Below are positions 47,101-62,844 of a stretch of 64,000 bases of DNA, one piece after another. Position 1 is the stretch's first letter, and the number at the start of each line of letters is the position of its first letter. The stretch lies in the NCBI GenBank assembly GCA_043228905.1, contig JBHGNT010000006.1:7688001-7752000 (forward strand), in the 5' to 3' direction. The position numbers and the translations under genes were made by a program. The notes beneath the pieces were generated by a model. The model did not search any database. It saw only the letters and a program-made list of their open reading frames with translations, and was not told the origin of the DNA. The DNA is from Azolla caroliniana. Taxonomy: Eukaryota > Plantae > Polypodiophyta.

Positions 47101-49157
47101 AGGGGAAAGGATAGCAATGCCCTTGACGATGTTGACTAGAGAGCATTACAATATAGAACGAACAATTTGATTGGTAACTGCAACCAATTTACATGATGTT
47201 TAATGAGGACAAATAACATAACCAATTTTAAAATCATGCAAGTGGACTTATTTATTGGGTAATAAATAATGTCCTAATCTACTTATAAGTAATGTGTGCA
47301 CCCACAATAATATACTTCAAAAAATAGTTATGATTTCCCAAATGTACAAAGAAATTTTATGGATAAATGTGAAGTGCATGGAATTGAATGCCAGCACTCG
47401 GATTTTTCTTTTTATCCATATAAATGCACGTAGTGTGCACAATACACTTTAAAAACCATTATTATGGTCTAACAATCATAGAGATATATGGATAAATGTG
47501 CATATGGTAGCACATATTGAAATAAAGATTCATTCACCAAGAGGCACAAATCGAAATAAATGTGCACAAAATAATACATTCTATTTTGAAGTACAATAAA
47601 CATGCACAAACACCACGATTCTCTCTCTCTCTCTCAATGCTCATGAGTCACAAAGCAATAGGCCAACCCAAAGCTTCTCGCCCACCATCAAGACAAATAC
47701 TAAGCACTTAGCTTACTAGAGTTGAAAGATTCTACAAATCATGTGAAGGAAAAATCAAAAGCGAGGGACATTTGGTGCATAGAATGCTACCCTATACGCA
47801 TACTCCATCACCATTCGACAAAGAATGGAGAAGGTTGACCCATGACAAATTTGGCCAAATGTGCTTGAGATTCAAAAGCATAGAGAATCAGCCCTTATAT
47901 TAGCATGCAAGATGCATCCATAATTGCACAATATTGGCTTTACCCATGGTTGTTTACCTTCATTAGCAACATGCTAGGGAATCACCTACAATGAGCACAT
48001 GAATACAACAACAAAGGAGATTGTGAGTGTCGTACTATCATCAAATCATGCGTATAATTGTTTATCATGTTTGATCCACACGAAGACACCAAATGAACTT
48101 CTTAAACTTCGTCATAATGTAATTTCATTGCACCAAACTTGGATATGAAGTCCAATCATGAGTACACTCGTGCATATTACCTATGTGCTTCGTGCTTGTG
48201 AACAATCTCATACATATTACTTAAGTAAACCATCTCAAAAATAACTCCACTACATGCAATTAGATAATATGTGGAGCTTTAGGAAACCAACAATTTTTAT
48301 TTTTATTTTTATTTTAGTATTGATGAAAATAATTGCCCAAAAGAATATAAAGAAAGGTAGTTGCAATAAAAATATTGCAAAGGAAACAACATCCTCATTA
48401 TGATATGTCCTTCATTTCATACTATAGTAGACAAGTGAAAGAAGAAATACCTAACTAGGGTTGTGCTCATTCAACATGTCAACTCGGGAAATAATTGGTT
48501 GCCCGACTAGTACATATGAAGTTGGGAGTAGTGTTCTTTAAAACACTGAGAAATGTCTCCACCCAAAACATACTCCAAGTGCTAATTATTGCAATCTCTA
48601 ATATTCAACTAGGTGAAATGTAACATGTGAAGTAAGAGAGTAAAGATTACATGCACAACAAAATAAACATAAACCCTACAAATATGCACATTAAAATGGA
48701 GCAAATGCACTTCATTTTAAGCGGGGAGAATACAATGGTCAATACTAGTGCTACAAATAGTGTTACATGATCTCTAGTGGGCCCATATATGATCTACATA
48801 TGATGCCATGTTAAATGACATTGTAGGTTGGTGTCAAAGAGACAATGGTAACATCTTTATTGATATTCCTTTCTCTTGTAAAAGTCCCTTACACGTGGAA
48901 TGTAGACCCTCTCCAACATGTTTTCCATGGTCTACGTCATAACACTCTTATCAGTTTTTGCAACACATGCACTTGTGCATCGTAGTATATTATATTAATG
49001 CCCATGCATACATATTAGCATTCACTCACACGTTTCTCTCTAGTTTACCTCCAATAAGTTCATTGAACTTGCTTTTCCTTTCACTTCAATGTATTGAAGT
49101 GCTTGTTATAACAGGCAATTCATTAGTGGAACATATTCGCATGACAACAAAATAATA

Positions 49158-49198
<41 letters not shown>

Positions 49199-52100
49199 TA
49201 AGACATAAGAATTGGACAATGTGCCTCTACCATCACAACACACGATACAATAAGAAACATAACAAACAAATTATCCCAATAAGATATAATATGATAGGTC
49301 GTGAGTTTTGGATGCTACGTGATTCCTGATAATTAGCCAATTTACACAACTTAACCAATGCACACAAAGGATCTTTTATAACTACATATCAATCGTGTTT
49401 CCTTGATCCATAATGACATATATCACCCATTGAAGTGATAGTGTCGTGCAATGGTCCACTACATCTCATTGATGTACACGAGGATCAAAGATTATAAATG
49501 TCAAGGAATATTTCAATCAAATGAAGTAAACATTACGATATGTTGACCATAATCTTCTATGTCAAATAACCAAAACTATACAGAAGGCACTCACATATAC
49601 ATTATACAAGAACACAAAACCATAACAAACTATACCAATGAAAAGCCAATCACTCACACCAGGCATGATCTTCCTTATAAAGCGACCATAACCAACTATT
49701 GTAACAAGAAGTCAATCAATAATAACAAGTTACAATAGAACACGTATCATGAAAAGCTCATAAATTAATTATAATCCATGAAAATAAACATCAAAGAGAC
49801 GTAACCCACAAGCAACTACATGGTTCAAACAAATATTTATAGGGCTAATGATGTTTCAATGTAAAGTTGAATGATAGAGAGTTATTTTGTTATAATAGGA
49901 TCCAAGTTCAAATTGGGTGTAATAAACCTTTCAATAAATGTTAAATAAAATTACTTCAATATTAACTTCATTTATACCAAGAGAAGGAAAGGGCAATGAA
50001 ATCCCATGGACCCCCTTTACACCACCAAGGAAACAAACAAAATTGTCAAGTCAACATGTGACCGGTGAATCAAATTTAATAATTAATATACAAGATCTTC
50101 CAATGCACGTCTAACTAGACAAATCAATGAAGCACAACCCATATACATCGGAGTGGACACCATGATGTAGGATTTCGACTAACCAAACAATTAATTAAAT
50201 CAAAGTCATAAGAAACAAAGATCAATTCCTGTTGATTTACTGAAAGAAAAATAAAATGTATATGATGTAAGTTGAATATACATATGATGCATCATGTAGG
50301 TACTAGGAATACGTACATGACCAAACATTATATGGTAATTGACAATGTGAGAGCACTTACCTTTGACAAATTATTGATTATAGTTACATGGGGTTACATG
50401 AAAAATATATGCATATATGATATAACCATGACAGTGTAGCGGTAAAGCTTGTGATTTATAATGGAAGATTGTGGGTCTAAGTTTTTAGTAATGGGTGGGT
50501 ATGATGTTGATTTTGTCTTAAAAACCCTCCGTAATTCTAGGTTTCGCATGTCATTCCCATTATCATGACTTCAACATTGTCACATTTTCCACATTATAAA
50601 CTATGGAATCAATAACAAACCAAATCAAACATAAAGGAGCAACTAAATTCAAACAAAACCCGAGGAGTCTCCATGGTCTCCTAGTTGTACCTATTGTGAA
50701 GCATGTCTCCTCTTCAAAGTTATAGAAACTCAAACTCATGAGACGAATATGCACAATTCTAATAATCAAACTTATGAGATGATCCAAGTTGAAGATATGT
50801 CACATGAGATATAAACAACCAAATTTGGTAAGCAACTAAATTGAAGCAAATTTTAGAAGCTAAAGTGAAATATGCACATCTCTTAAATTCAAATTAAAAA
50901 AACCAATAAAATATGTAGAATAACAAAACATGTGTGGAAAGAGTATCCACAACGATATTCTTTGTGCTCTTCATGTCATTCCTTTATTATTCGTGTATCC
51001 ACCGGAAAATGTAGATAGTTGAACACACAACAATTAGATGTGCATTTATCATGTTTTTTTGTTTTATTTAATAGTTTTCATTAGTTAAGGCAATGTCCAT
51101 AGAAGAAACAATTTACGCAAAACAAAATGGAGAGGGCAGCTTGGATTATTGGATTCTATCATTGAGAAACCCTCCAAGGACTCAATGGATTTAGATCGAC
51201 TTTTTCTATGCATAAAACAAATATAGTTTAATTTCCAATATCAACAATGTGAATTAATGATCCTTTTAATCATCCTTAATTCATGATCCAGAGAATCTTT
51301 GATTTTTGGCTAGATTATTTGTACAACCACTTAAAATATATCAAACACTTTTTAAGTGCGAGGTGTGGCTGTTCCAAGAAACACAATGGATATCAACATT
51401 GACAATTATTGATTGACCTTTGCCATGAGCAAATATGTGGTTTACATAAAACATAAGATTTTGGATTTTGAAATTTCAATTGCACAAATGTACGAAATGT
51501 GTGTGAAGCGATATAATGTCTCAAGCCAACTATCCTTATGTGCATTGCACCCAAGTAAACCCTTTAGTGTCTAGTTGATCCCATCTTATATGACAAGACC
51601 ACTAGATGTACCTAGCTATAAATATTGGATTACAATCGCCCTAGACTTACATGAAGTATATTTGTAAACTTTTATGATAAAGAGTGATCCGTGCATAAGT
51701 TGAGGAGTTCAAAGGAAGAACAACCTTTTCGGATTGTCCATTAAAAACATGGGAAACTTTGAGGAGAAACTTGGAATTAGACAATAAATTAATCCTTAAT
51801 TTCAACCAAAAAGGCATGATTCACAAAGGCGAATACTTATTAAAAGTAAAGTGCCAAAGTCAAAGTTCAATGGTATGAGATTAACTAGAAAGGTTAAAGC
51901 CAACTTTGGATGGGATCATGGGTGTATGCACTCTTTCTTTTGAATTGGCAATGTATTCATAGAAGCCCACACTTTCACACCGTTATTTCTGGGGCCAATC
52001 AAGTGTTGCCATGCAATGACGATAAAAATCCTAATTTACTTTCCACCCCAACGTAAGTAGTTATGATTGGTAAACCTTAGCCTCTCGTCCTTGACCATTT

Positions 52101-52662
52101 CCTACATTTTCCGAGGGCATCAAACTTTGTAAGCCCTTGTTTGCCACACATGGCCATTCCCTACACATTCCAAGGATGTCTTATGAAAATAAAATACTAC
52201 TATTTAGAATGCTAGGTTTGGTAAGCTCTAGTATAGTAGTACGAGGTTTTTAGTGAAGCACGATAGAGATCAAGATAATAAATAGATATGTAAAGAGGTA
52301 GATGATATGAAAGGGCACAAGGACGATGTACCAACAAACATTTCATTAATGGGATTGACCCAATTGGCTACCAAATAATCCCATTGTAAGCATGAAGGTG
52401 AACCAATCAATAATCAATAATCAATTTACATCTACATTCTATCTATGTCTATCACTATTTTCTTCGTACTATTCCTTCTATGGCTACACCCCACCCCGTC
52501 AACACCCATCATAGGATTGTTCATTAACATGCATTTGAAATCAAAACACAATTCCAAGGATGCGTAAATATTTAACACAATTTTCCATATATACAATAGA
52601 ACAACCCTCAAGTAGTTCATTTCAACATTCTCCAACAAAGAATATGCATCATAACGGGTCAC

Positions 52663-52872
52663 AATTTTGAGAATGTAGACGCCACGCTACTTGCAAAGGA
52701 TGTACCAAGCAAGAGAGACGAGTTTTGGCTGCCTTAGAAAGGTGTATGGGCATAACAGGTCATAAAAATTGAGAATGTACTTCATAACGCCACACAACTT
52801 GCAAAATATGTACCAATGCAAGATTGGTCACTGGACAAGTTTTGGTTGCCTTAGAAAGGTGTACAGGCATGC
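52663..52872. repeat. Diverged tandem duplication, about 100-120 bp unit
   Basis: TTGAGAATGTA...ACTTGCAAA..ATGTACCAA...TGCCTTAGAAAGGTGTA occurs twice. Confidence 0.75.
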
Positions 52873-53180
52873 TTGGAACCTTATGAGGACGTTCGTTAGA
52901 AGACAATACGATTGAAAAGGATGAGTGACATACATAACACAAACAAAACTCTAGCGAGTCGAGTGCCCTACACATGGCCATTCGTTGCATGTTTGAAGGG
53001 TGAGACGAGATGGGACATGAGATCTAATCGACTTATCAATACAAAACAGAACAAAGACATGTCAATACAAAAACACAACAAGGCATGCCAGTACTGCAAC
53101 TAAAAACTAATGTGTCGATGTAGAAGGGAGAGTGATACACAACTAAATAAACGTGTTGGAGAGAGAGAGAGAGAGAGAGA

Positions 53181-54450
53181 TGATGGGACTTACATGGATT
53201 TCATGGGACCACTTGGCTACTCCTAAAAGGTTAGGTGGTGCAACAATATTGGATTTGGAAAGACACTTGATGGCTCGTAGATTTGCATTATTACGATATA
53301 TATGTCAAGAAGATTAGCCATGGATATCTATGATGCAATATTTTATTGGGCACGAACGATTGGTGCATGGGAAAACAAATATTCAAGCATCCTGGTGGTC
53401 ATTACTCGATGGAAGTATTCCTCTAAAGATTCGACATTTTGTATGTGGACAACATTTGGTGAGATCGTTGCAATGTGCATTATTTCTTTTTGAATGGGAA
53501 CCATCAAGTGATCGAGAATATTGTAATTCATTACAAAATGAATTGCTTGTTTCTTCTCGAGTGTTGTTTTGGCATGGGAAAGAGAAGTTGAGATCTCAAT
53601 TCAATCGTTTATTTCAATTGGGGATTGTACATTTGAAAGACGTGGGTGATAATGAATCTCAAAGGTTGTCCGATTTTGAAGATGCCAAGCGATGGTTATG
53701 TATTGCCCCAAATTATGGATTTATTTGGGAGAAATTACAAGATATATTATTGTTGCAAGGATCTTTGCAATTGAAAACAATTTTTGCACCTTGGGTGGAT
53801 TGGTGGTTACAAGATGGTACACGCTTGTTACAAGTCACTACAAATATATTGATCATCATGTGATGGCATCATTATCTTGGCTATCTCCTAAAGCAGCGAA
53901 GTTGTGGAATGTATGTAAGTCAGATGGAAGGTAGTGGAAAATATTATAACGTAGTTGGCATTCCCATCTACCATTTTGTGCAAAGGTATTCATACGGAGA
54001 GTCATGATTGGTGGGCTCCCATTAGGTTCAGCCTTAAAGAGACGAGGACTAGGGTCCGACACTTGTTTCTTTTGCACCGTTCCATTGGAGGATAGTACAC
54101 ATAGGTTCATTAGATGTCCTATTGGAAGTACTTATTGGACATTTGGCATGTTTTAACTCGTTGTTGTTTGAGACCTCAACAATGGGTTTTTTCTCAATAT
54201 GTTCAAAATGGTTCAAATGATGAGATGGAGATATTGTTCCAAATTTTACGTTATTGGGGTCTACAACACAATTGGAATATGCGTAAGTTGCTTTCATGTT
54301 TGATAATAGACAATGGGGTGAAAGCCTATATAAAGAAGCTTAAAGGTATTCTCATGTGGAAATTTTGGATGTTAGAGCATGTGGGGGGATCATTTCCTGA
54401 AATGCATATTCAGGTTTTTTTAATAGCATTACAGAACGTCCCTCTCCCTA
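53181..54450 (+). mobile_element. Degenerate 5'-truncated L1-type LINE fragment (ORF2 C-terminus)
   Basis: WDHLATPKRLGGATILDL motif near 53205 and zinc finger CSFCTVPLEDSTHRFIRCP near 54063; many stops. Confidence 0.7.
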
Positions 54451-54760
54451 CATAGGCATATGATAGGTAGAGGAGACTACGAAGTGGATTTTACATACAA
54501 TTAATATAATTGTGTGCTTTTTTACCAAAAGAAGAAGAAGAAAAGAGAGTATTGAGACAGAGAAGTATTGAGAGAGAGAGAGAGAGAGATTTTGGGGTGG
54601 GGTTGGGGAGTGGCCAAGAAGTGGTGCCACGCTGGAAATAAAAATTGAAAAACAAAAAAAACAAAAAAAATAGAAAATTAGGAAAAAAAGAAGAAGACTT
54701 TACTCCGGAGTCCGAACACATCGTCGCACGTTCGAATCCTCATATCTCATCTCTTTCTCA

Positions 54761-54796
<36 letters not shown>

Positions 54797-55845
54797 CGTA
54801 TGCTTCTTCTTCTTCGCACTTTTCCTGCAGAGAAGAAAAAAAGATTCGTGGCTATGGTGGATCCCCTTCATAACACCTTGTCTGTGAACCAAAGAAAATC
54901 TCTGCTTTTTCTCCGCTCGAGGTTACGCCATCGCTAACTCTTCTTTCTCCCCTCTCAAGCAGGCTGATGCATTTCAAGAGAAAGAAACAGGCACTTCTCT
55001 CATTCTTCTTCCTTTTTTTCTTCTTGTGTATTTTTTTTCCCTTCTTTTCTTCTTTCTTTTTCTTCTTTCTTCTTTGTAGTTGATTCCCTACAGAAAATTG
55101 CAGATTCAGAGCAAAATTCACAGCTGCAGTTCTTCATATTTTCAATTAAGTCACTGTCTTTCCTGGAGATTTTCTATTTTCGTTCGTCAGAGACGATTTC
55201 CTGTGTAAAGAATTGGCAATGTACCTTTCAGATCGCACTCTAAACTTCTGAGTTACGTCAAATTGGGCATCGCAAAGACAGTCTTCATAAAACTGAAACT
55301 CTAAAACGTATTGTTCCTGAGCCTGAAACCCTGAAACAGGCTCAGATACTTGCATTTAACCTTTCATTTTCTCCATATTGATGGTATACATGCCATATCA
55401 ACGGATAGTCCAAAGGTGTCTTAGAGTTTCAGTGTTCGAAGAATATATTTTTACCAGAAGGTAATAAAATATCATGTATTGTTGCTGTCAAAATTGTTTT
55501 CTAATATGTATGTCTCATTTTATGAAGGCTCTTTTATCCAATTCTAAGATTTAAAGGTGATTTTCGAATAATTGAGAGGCATCGATAGCTTCAAATCAAA
55601 ATTTAAAGGTGAATTTGATACAAGTGCATATCATACTAATCTTGTTGTTTTTAAATACTAGGTATATTCTAAAAAGCTGAAGAGTGAAGACAAGCACCTC
55701 TATTTTTACCAGAATACCTGGATAATGCACAGAGAACATATACAGATGATATCGAGGAAAAAATACACAAGACAACGTCTTCATGGTTGATAATTTCTGT
55801 AAGGAATTTTTTTCTTGAACTAGGGATCGTTTTGTCCATTAAAGC

Positions 55846-58800
55846 ATGTCAAACCCTGCAACTCCATATAAACGTCCGACCAGCCGAGGAGGAGTCAATC
55901 TGGTAAGCCACTCATTCACAGAGGCTGTACCTTTCTAATTAGAGTATAAGTATCAAAAGATGTGCGTTTTTGGGGTACTGATCGTGAGATTGTTTCATGC
56001 ATGTAGGTTTATAAAAGTGGATCATTGCTCATTTCATCGAAAGGTTAAAAATCACTCTTTCTTCTGATTAATTTATATTTTCCTTTGGTCATCAAGAAGC
56101 GGTAACATTACTATGGTTCTTTTGTTGAGGTTTAATTCTCTGATAATGTCAAGATGTGGACAATCCAAGCTATATAGGAACATATCAATGCATAATATTG
56201 TTATGTGATTGAACCCATTCACAATTGATGCATTAAAAACTAGAGGGCTGCAAGTTTGATTCTCATATTTCCTAATGTGTTTGCAACATCTACAAAACTG
56301 GTTGCCTTCCAGTTCCTAACAATTGTTTGCGGAAGTATTCAACTATTTTAATCTGGCTCCTCCCTAATAATGAGGGAATTGCTTTATTTCATTTGTAATG
56401 CTCTGTCTCGAAAAGTTATTGCTGTTATGCAATCTAAATATGTGCAACACGAACAAATCAAAACAGAAAAAACATAAATGCTTAATAGAGCTGCTCAGTT
56501 CTTTGGTCGTTGGTTTGGCATACCAGTTAATTTATATAGTTTCCGTTATCAACGCCCTAAGATAGAGAACTACATATCATAAATAAAATATGAGCCCTTT
56601 AAGTCTCTCTTCTTTGTTTAGCTCGTCTATAAATCCATAGAGTCTTTAAATGGGTTTCTTTGTGGTTTTGTTCTTATTACTAATTATAATTAGTTTGGAT
56701 TCTGCAGGATTAGGGTGGAAATCATGGAAAAGGCGATGGTTTGTTCTGACAGAGACATCCTTGGTGTTCTATAAGAGTGACCCTGTGAGTTTTTGCATAG
56801 TATTATTTATATCTAGAGTATCACAGCTACAAATTTCATTCTTAATTGAAGTAAATACACTGATGTGCACTCTAACCATATTAATGCTTTTGATAATAAA
56901 ATACTTCTTGTTTCTGATGCTTTAATTTCTTGTCCTATTTGCTTATTTAATGTTTAAAACATTCAGATCAAGTTTTTTCTAACCAGCTGCCTTATTTTCA
57001 TCTCCTTGTTCCTCCAACCCCCACAAGAATTCCTTCTTCAAGGGCAACGACACCATTTTGGCATTGGGTGGTATTGACCTAAACAACTTAGGAAGGTAAG
57101 ATGATGAACCAAGAGTTTATTCTGTCATTATGATTTTCAAGGTATGTGTGACTGATATATGCTTGGTTGATGGTGCAGAGTGTTGGTGAGATCTGACAAA
57201 AAACTCCTTACAGTGCTTTTTCCTGATGGGCGGGCTTTCACTCTCAAGGTGAATGCACTTATGAGTTGCTTTTCGTTGAACTGTAGTTGGCAGAGGTGTC
57301 ATAAACTGCACTCTTCATAATGAAAATTAAGAAAGCCCATTCTACCCCTTCATTGGCTATTAACTTAATGAGTCTTATGTAATACCATATGGACATTTCT
57401 TGTAATTTGATGCCATCTGTAACTACTGAATCCACAGGCTGAAACTGCAGAAGATTTAGAAGAGTGGAAAGCTAGCCTTGAGAAAGCTATTTCTGCAGCA
57501 CCTAGTGCTGATTTAATGTTGGGACAAAGTGGTATATTTAAAAATGATTCCACTGATGCTGGTGATGGCCCGATTGATCCAGGTATTCTCACGTGCCTCC
57601 TACTTAACATTCAGTATGTAAGCTTATGTTCAAAATAATTTCTCTTCTTTTCGTTATATGCTTGTCATGCTTTTGAAGGGATTCAGCTGGAAACTATCAT
57701 CCTGCTTCATTTACTGTAAAGGTGTAGTAACGAAGTTATTTTGTTTTAGATAAATATCTAGATTAACAGTAATAAGATATACTGGAACTTCTACCCTTGA
57801 AAAATCTCCAATATGGCCGCTCTGACGTGGAGAGATCTCCAAATCAATGGCAGCATCTTTCGGGTGATAATGGCCTTTATATGTCAATGACAAAGGTGAT
57901 GAGGCAGTGGTTCAGATAGACACGAGCTACCACTGAGATCTGTATAAAGAGGGGGATCAATAAGTCCACCAACAATCAAGAATGATTTATGTGGTTAGAG
58001 AGAAAATAAAATCAAGAATGATAATAAAGTAGCATTGTATTCATAATGAGCATATCAATTAGATCTGCACAAAGAGGTGGATCAAGGAGGCTACCCACAA
58101 TACATTGTCTAAATTTGATGCTACAAATATAATCTTTGGTTAAAATTTGGAAACTTGGACACAATATATTTGCAATATCCTGAACATAAGTATTTTTAAA
58201 TCTGATATTTGATTTGATCTATGAGTGGATCTGAAGCTAAATGTCAGTTTCTATAGGTGTGTCTGGACCCACAATTTGATATTTTCTTTTATGTATATAT
58301 TTGTTGTAGGTCGAAGCAAGAAACCTGTAAAATCAATGGTTATTGGAAGGCCAATTCTGTTAGCCTTGGAAGACATTGATGGGAGCCCTTCTTTCTTAGA
58401 AAAAGCATTGTGCTTTATAGAACAATACGGTATATTTGATTGTTTTATCTTTTTCAAGTTTCGGCAAATTCTAAAATATTACGAGTGTTTTCATGCTGTA
58501 AATTTCTTTTAGTACACAATTAAAATGATATGATATGGAAGTGGCTTTGTGTGAACAGCTATTAAGATCGTAGTTCTGCTTTTCCTTGCAAGATATCAGG
58601 TGTGTGTGTGGAAGGCATTCTTAGGCAATCTGCAGATGTTGATGAGGTGGAAAAGCGTGTTCGTGATTATGAGCAAGGTACAACTTAATTCTTCTTATTA
58701 GGACTGCTTGTGGAACTATACATTTCACTCTTTTATATCCATCTCACAATATATACATCCATTTTGTAATGTGATCTTACACCCCATGGTGCAACAAATA

Positions 58801-61800
58801 ATCTTCTAATATGCAATGCTCTTATCAAAGTCCTAAAGTCGACATATATCCCTTTCTCCTCCTCCCCCTCAAATGGATTTGGGATATACAATGGTTTTTC
58901 ATTATGGCCAAGATCAGATACTTTGACATGTCCAAACCCCAAGGAATGTGTGAACACAGTTTATTACTTGAAGTGATCCCATCCCTATTATCCGTGATAA
59001 CAGATTTGGGTATCTCTAGTAGACATATTGGCTTGGCAACAGATCATGCATATCTATCCTTTAAGGTGAAGATCGATGCCAAAAGGATGTATATGCTACA
59101 ATGGAATTGGGCATGGTAAATACTAATTTACTCAGGGGACAATTGATGTGCATATCTGAGTATAAGCTGGCCTGCTGGGTTTGGTTCCTTTCACATCCCA
59201 AGAGGAAGTCTCATAATGGTTGCTGCGATTATTGCATTATGCTGCCATAAATGCCTTTCTCCACACCACAGTTGGCAATGCGCCAATACTGATGGAGTCA
59301 CGCAAAATAGTTGGTATGATGAGAAATGTCTTAATACAAGTGACCCAGGGATTTATACACATAAACAAGCAAGAGCAGCTTTCCAATGCCTTGTGTGGAA
59401 GAAGAGATCATGTTTGGCTAGATTTGATGCAGAGGTGTACCGGTTGTTCCTTGGACAAGAGCGTAAAAGAGCACAGAATATGTTTAATGATTGGCAACCT
59501 AGCCCACAATACAGGCTTTTTTCAAGTTTAGAGCAGATAATGTAGATTTTGTCAAATTTATCTTGCAGACCACATGAATATTTTATTATTTATATTGGCT
59601 CTGCTTTCATCTTTTGAAATGTTGCTTAACTTTTGTGTATGCCTGTCTTTCTAAGGTCTCACTCTTAGGAACATGCGAGCATGCCTTTGGCTTCTTTATT
59701 CATAACTAGTCTTTATGACTCTATCATAGTTTGCTTTTCAGTAGTACTTGATGCTTTGCACCTATGTAATCTCTGTATCATATATTTCACAATATAAAAA
59801 GAGAATTTTATTTATACTGTAGGAAAGTCATTGTTTGGACCTGATGAAGATGCCCATGTTATAGGCGATTGTATCAAGGTAAGCCTGAGTTCTTAAGCTA
59901 TCCAATCCTTTATTGTAACATACCTTCTGCCAATGCTGAAGTTATCCAATCTTTCGTTCTAAGATATCTTTCTCCAATGCTAATTTTGATCACAAACTTA
60001 CAGCATGTCCTTAGAGAACTTCCTTCATTACCGGTGCCTACTCCTTGCTGTGCTGCTCTGGTCGAGGCTCAAAGTAAGTTCTTGCTATTTTCACAATGAA
60101 AATTGATGGTAACTCTCTTTCAAAATAATTTGAGTTTAGGATTCAACTGGTCACTTTGATAGGGATTGAGCATAGGGAATCACAAGTTTTGTCTATGCGA
60201 GCTGCTGTTGCAGAAACTTTTCCAGAACCTAATCGAAGGTTGCTTCAAAGGTATGTACTGTCTATTTGACTGTGACGGGAGTGCAGAATCATGGCTCTCC
60301 TAATTGACTTCATTAGAATAACTTCCCTTTCAGAGATAGGGGACTCATTGATAACTTACTCGATTATTTATGCAGAGTTCTGAGGATGATGCAAACAGTG
60401 GCAGCACATGCTACTGAAAATCGAATGACAGCATCTGCTGTGGCAGCCTGCATGGCACCATTGCTCTTGAAACCATTGATGACCGGAGAATGTGGTTTTG
60501 AGGACGAATCAGATTTTAGCGGGGACAATTCTGCCCAACTTCTTGCGGCTGCAGCAGCTGCCAATAATGCTCAAGCTATCATCACGATTCTTCTCGAGGA
60601 GTACGATAACATATTTGAGGTATTTAACATATTGCATGTTGGGTATCTAGTTTCCTTACTTATATAGCACTAAATTTAAATGATTCGAGGTGAAATGTTG
60701 TAAGTCTTGAGACTTGTACTCATGGTTCTCACCAAGACATCCTACAGTCACAGTCCAGGAAAGTGACGCTTTCAAATGGAAAACTTTTTTCACACTGCTA
60801 AAAGAGGCAAAGGCTTGAATGACTCTTAATTATTTTGCATGGTAGTTTCATGTGTTTATCTTATTATGTTACAGGATGAGAGTTTGCCAAAAATCCAGCT
60901 TTCTCGAGATGCAAGTGCACGAGAAGATGACCGTCTAAGTCATGCATCGTCAGATGGAGAAGTTTTGCATGCCCATGAGGAGAATTCTCATGATGCTGAT
61001 AATAATCATTATAATGATCGGCTCTCTGAAGATCCTGAAAGAGTTCTTAGTGGAAGCATGAGTGGGAGCAGTGGAAATGAGGGGAGTGATATCTACGATA
61101 ATAAGGTATGTGGTATAATAACGAGTTTCTGTGTTGGATTGTTTATCCATGTCTTATTGGAGATATAGGAATGCTGTTATTGATGCCTTCAAAATTTTAT
61201 AAAACATATGATTAAAATATTAGATGTCTAACATAGATTGTGCAGGACCAAGAATGCTTTCATTTTCGGATTTGCAATATTCATCTAACTACAACTGAAA
61301 TCCTTAGGTGCTTGACGAAGAAGAATTTGAAGAAGAGTTCAATAAAAAGGCTCGAAGAAACCATGTTGATTCAAGCAACTTATTGTCAAGATCAGTTAAC
61401 TTTGGAAACTCAAGGGAAATTCATGAAGGACAAATTGAGAATAAAAGTTTAAGTTCAAGCACAATTGGAATAAGTCATTTACAATGGAAGAAGTTCCCAT
61501 CTGTGGAGACTCCGAAAATAAATAATGGGAGTTCAGTACCCACAAGCTCTAATAAACCTGTAAGCAGTTCAAGTACCACCAGCAGCAAGAGGTCATCCAT
61601 ATGGGGTCTATCTGTAAGGGCCGAGTTGAAAATACTTTCTGAATTTTGACATGCTAACTTTTGTGCTTGATTTGAAGTCTGGATATTTTGCCATGGTATT
61701 TTCAGGCAACAAAAAGAACCTCAATACCTCAATCACAGGATTCCTACGGAGAAGAAGAGTGAGTAGACTTTTCTGTGGTGTCTTGCTATCTTTTCATGCC

Positions 61801-62587
61801 AGATAATCATTATATTCAGCGAGATCTATTGACCAACTTGTGTCCTGAAAGCTGATAAGATCAAATTTTTAACCATGAGCTTAATAGATCAGAACACTGT
61901 AGTTGTATCCATTGGTTTCATATGCTGATATTACATAGGCTCACACTCTTGATGTTAGTACATGATGTACTGTGAACCAAATTTGTTCCCTGCAATTATT
62001 AGCACACCATTTAAAAATGTGCTTATTTTGCTTTTAGACCATTATTGGCGTTGTATATGCCATGTATATAATTTTACGTTATGGAAGCTTTCTTGTATAT
62101 CAGCTTGCCACTCTCTTAACAGACAGGTCATAAATATATCCATACAACTGTAATATGTTAGATGTCTGTATGATAATTCCGCTGGCCCAAGCTCACTTGC
62201 AAATAATGTGCCAACTATTTTTGTGTCATTGCTTAGGGATGATGATGAAAGTACCTGCATACAAAGCCCACGATGCAGTGAAAATATAGTTGTCTTCTTT
62301 TTGTGACTCATCAACACTGTTTTAGTTGGTTGAAATATTTGGCTCTTTTATGTGTTTTGTAGATTGCTGATTCAAAGACTGGAAGCAACAAGAAATGAAC
62401 TCCGTAATAAAATTGCCAAAGAAGTATGTGATGTCCTGAGTATTGCTTTTGAATATTGATGTGTAACTCCTATCTAATGATAACATCCTCTGGGTGTAAG
62501 TAGGCAAAAGGAAATGCTGCATTACAGCAAAGTTTGGAACGACGGAAGCATGCACTTCATGAACGTCGTCTGGTTCTCGAACAAGAT
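55846..62587 (+). CDS. REN: PH-domain Rho/ROP GTPase-activating protein (REN/PHGAP family), 3' partial; exons 55846-55902, 56007-56043, 56708-56784, 57028-57095, 57179-57248, 57438-57582, 58310-58429, 58600-58677, 59823-59878, 60004-60073, 60163-60250, 60376-60619, 60875-61105, 61308-61613, 61706-61758, 62363-62423, 62504-62587
   Basis: All introns GT-AG with consistent phase; PH (VYKSGSLLISSKGLGWKSWKRRWFVLT...RAFTLKAET), RhoGAP (LEDIDGSPSFLEKAL, arginine finger VEGILRQSAD, NRMTASAVAACMAPLL) and coiled coil (AKGNAALQQSLERRKHALHERRLVLEQD). No stop reached in the window. Confidence 0.93.
58760..59540 (+). mobile_element. Decayed LINE fragment (endonuclease end and linker) in RopGAP intron 8
   Basis: NLLICNAL, TDHAYLSFKVK and SWYDEKC...FQCLVWKKR resemble LLIANG, SDHRSLCIDLK and KWFDKEC...KRLIQRKR of the LINE at 33.7-37.1 kb. 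Confidence 0.5.
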
Positions 62588-62844
62588 GTAAGTGTCTTTG
62601 TTCTTTTCTTGTTGAGGTATTCAGTCTTATCTTTGTTCTGAATTTGATCCTAGAAAAAAGCTTCATATGTCTGTTATATTTGTGCTAATAAATTTACAAA
62701 ACTCTTATTCACAAAGGTGGAAACTAAAAGTTATAACTGAAATTGAAAATAAAAAAGTACCAGCACTTCATCAGACTCAAAATGTTCACATCTCCAAAGG
62801 CATCTTCCCAATTTTCAGCTATAGTCAAAAGTACGAGTGCTTCA

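Noticed and set aside
44400-53150. Genes in the AT-rich intergenic region
   Set aside because: Only short motif-less ORFs; no consistent exon chain detected; probably decayed repeats.
57715-58103. Possible solo LTR in RopGAP intron 6
   Set aside because: LTR-like composition and TG/CA candidates, but no convincing TSD.
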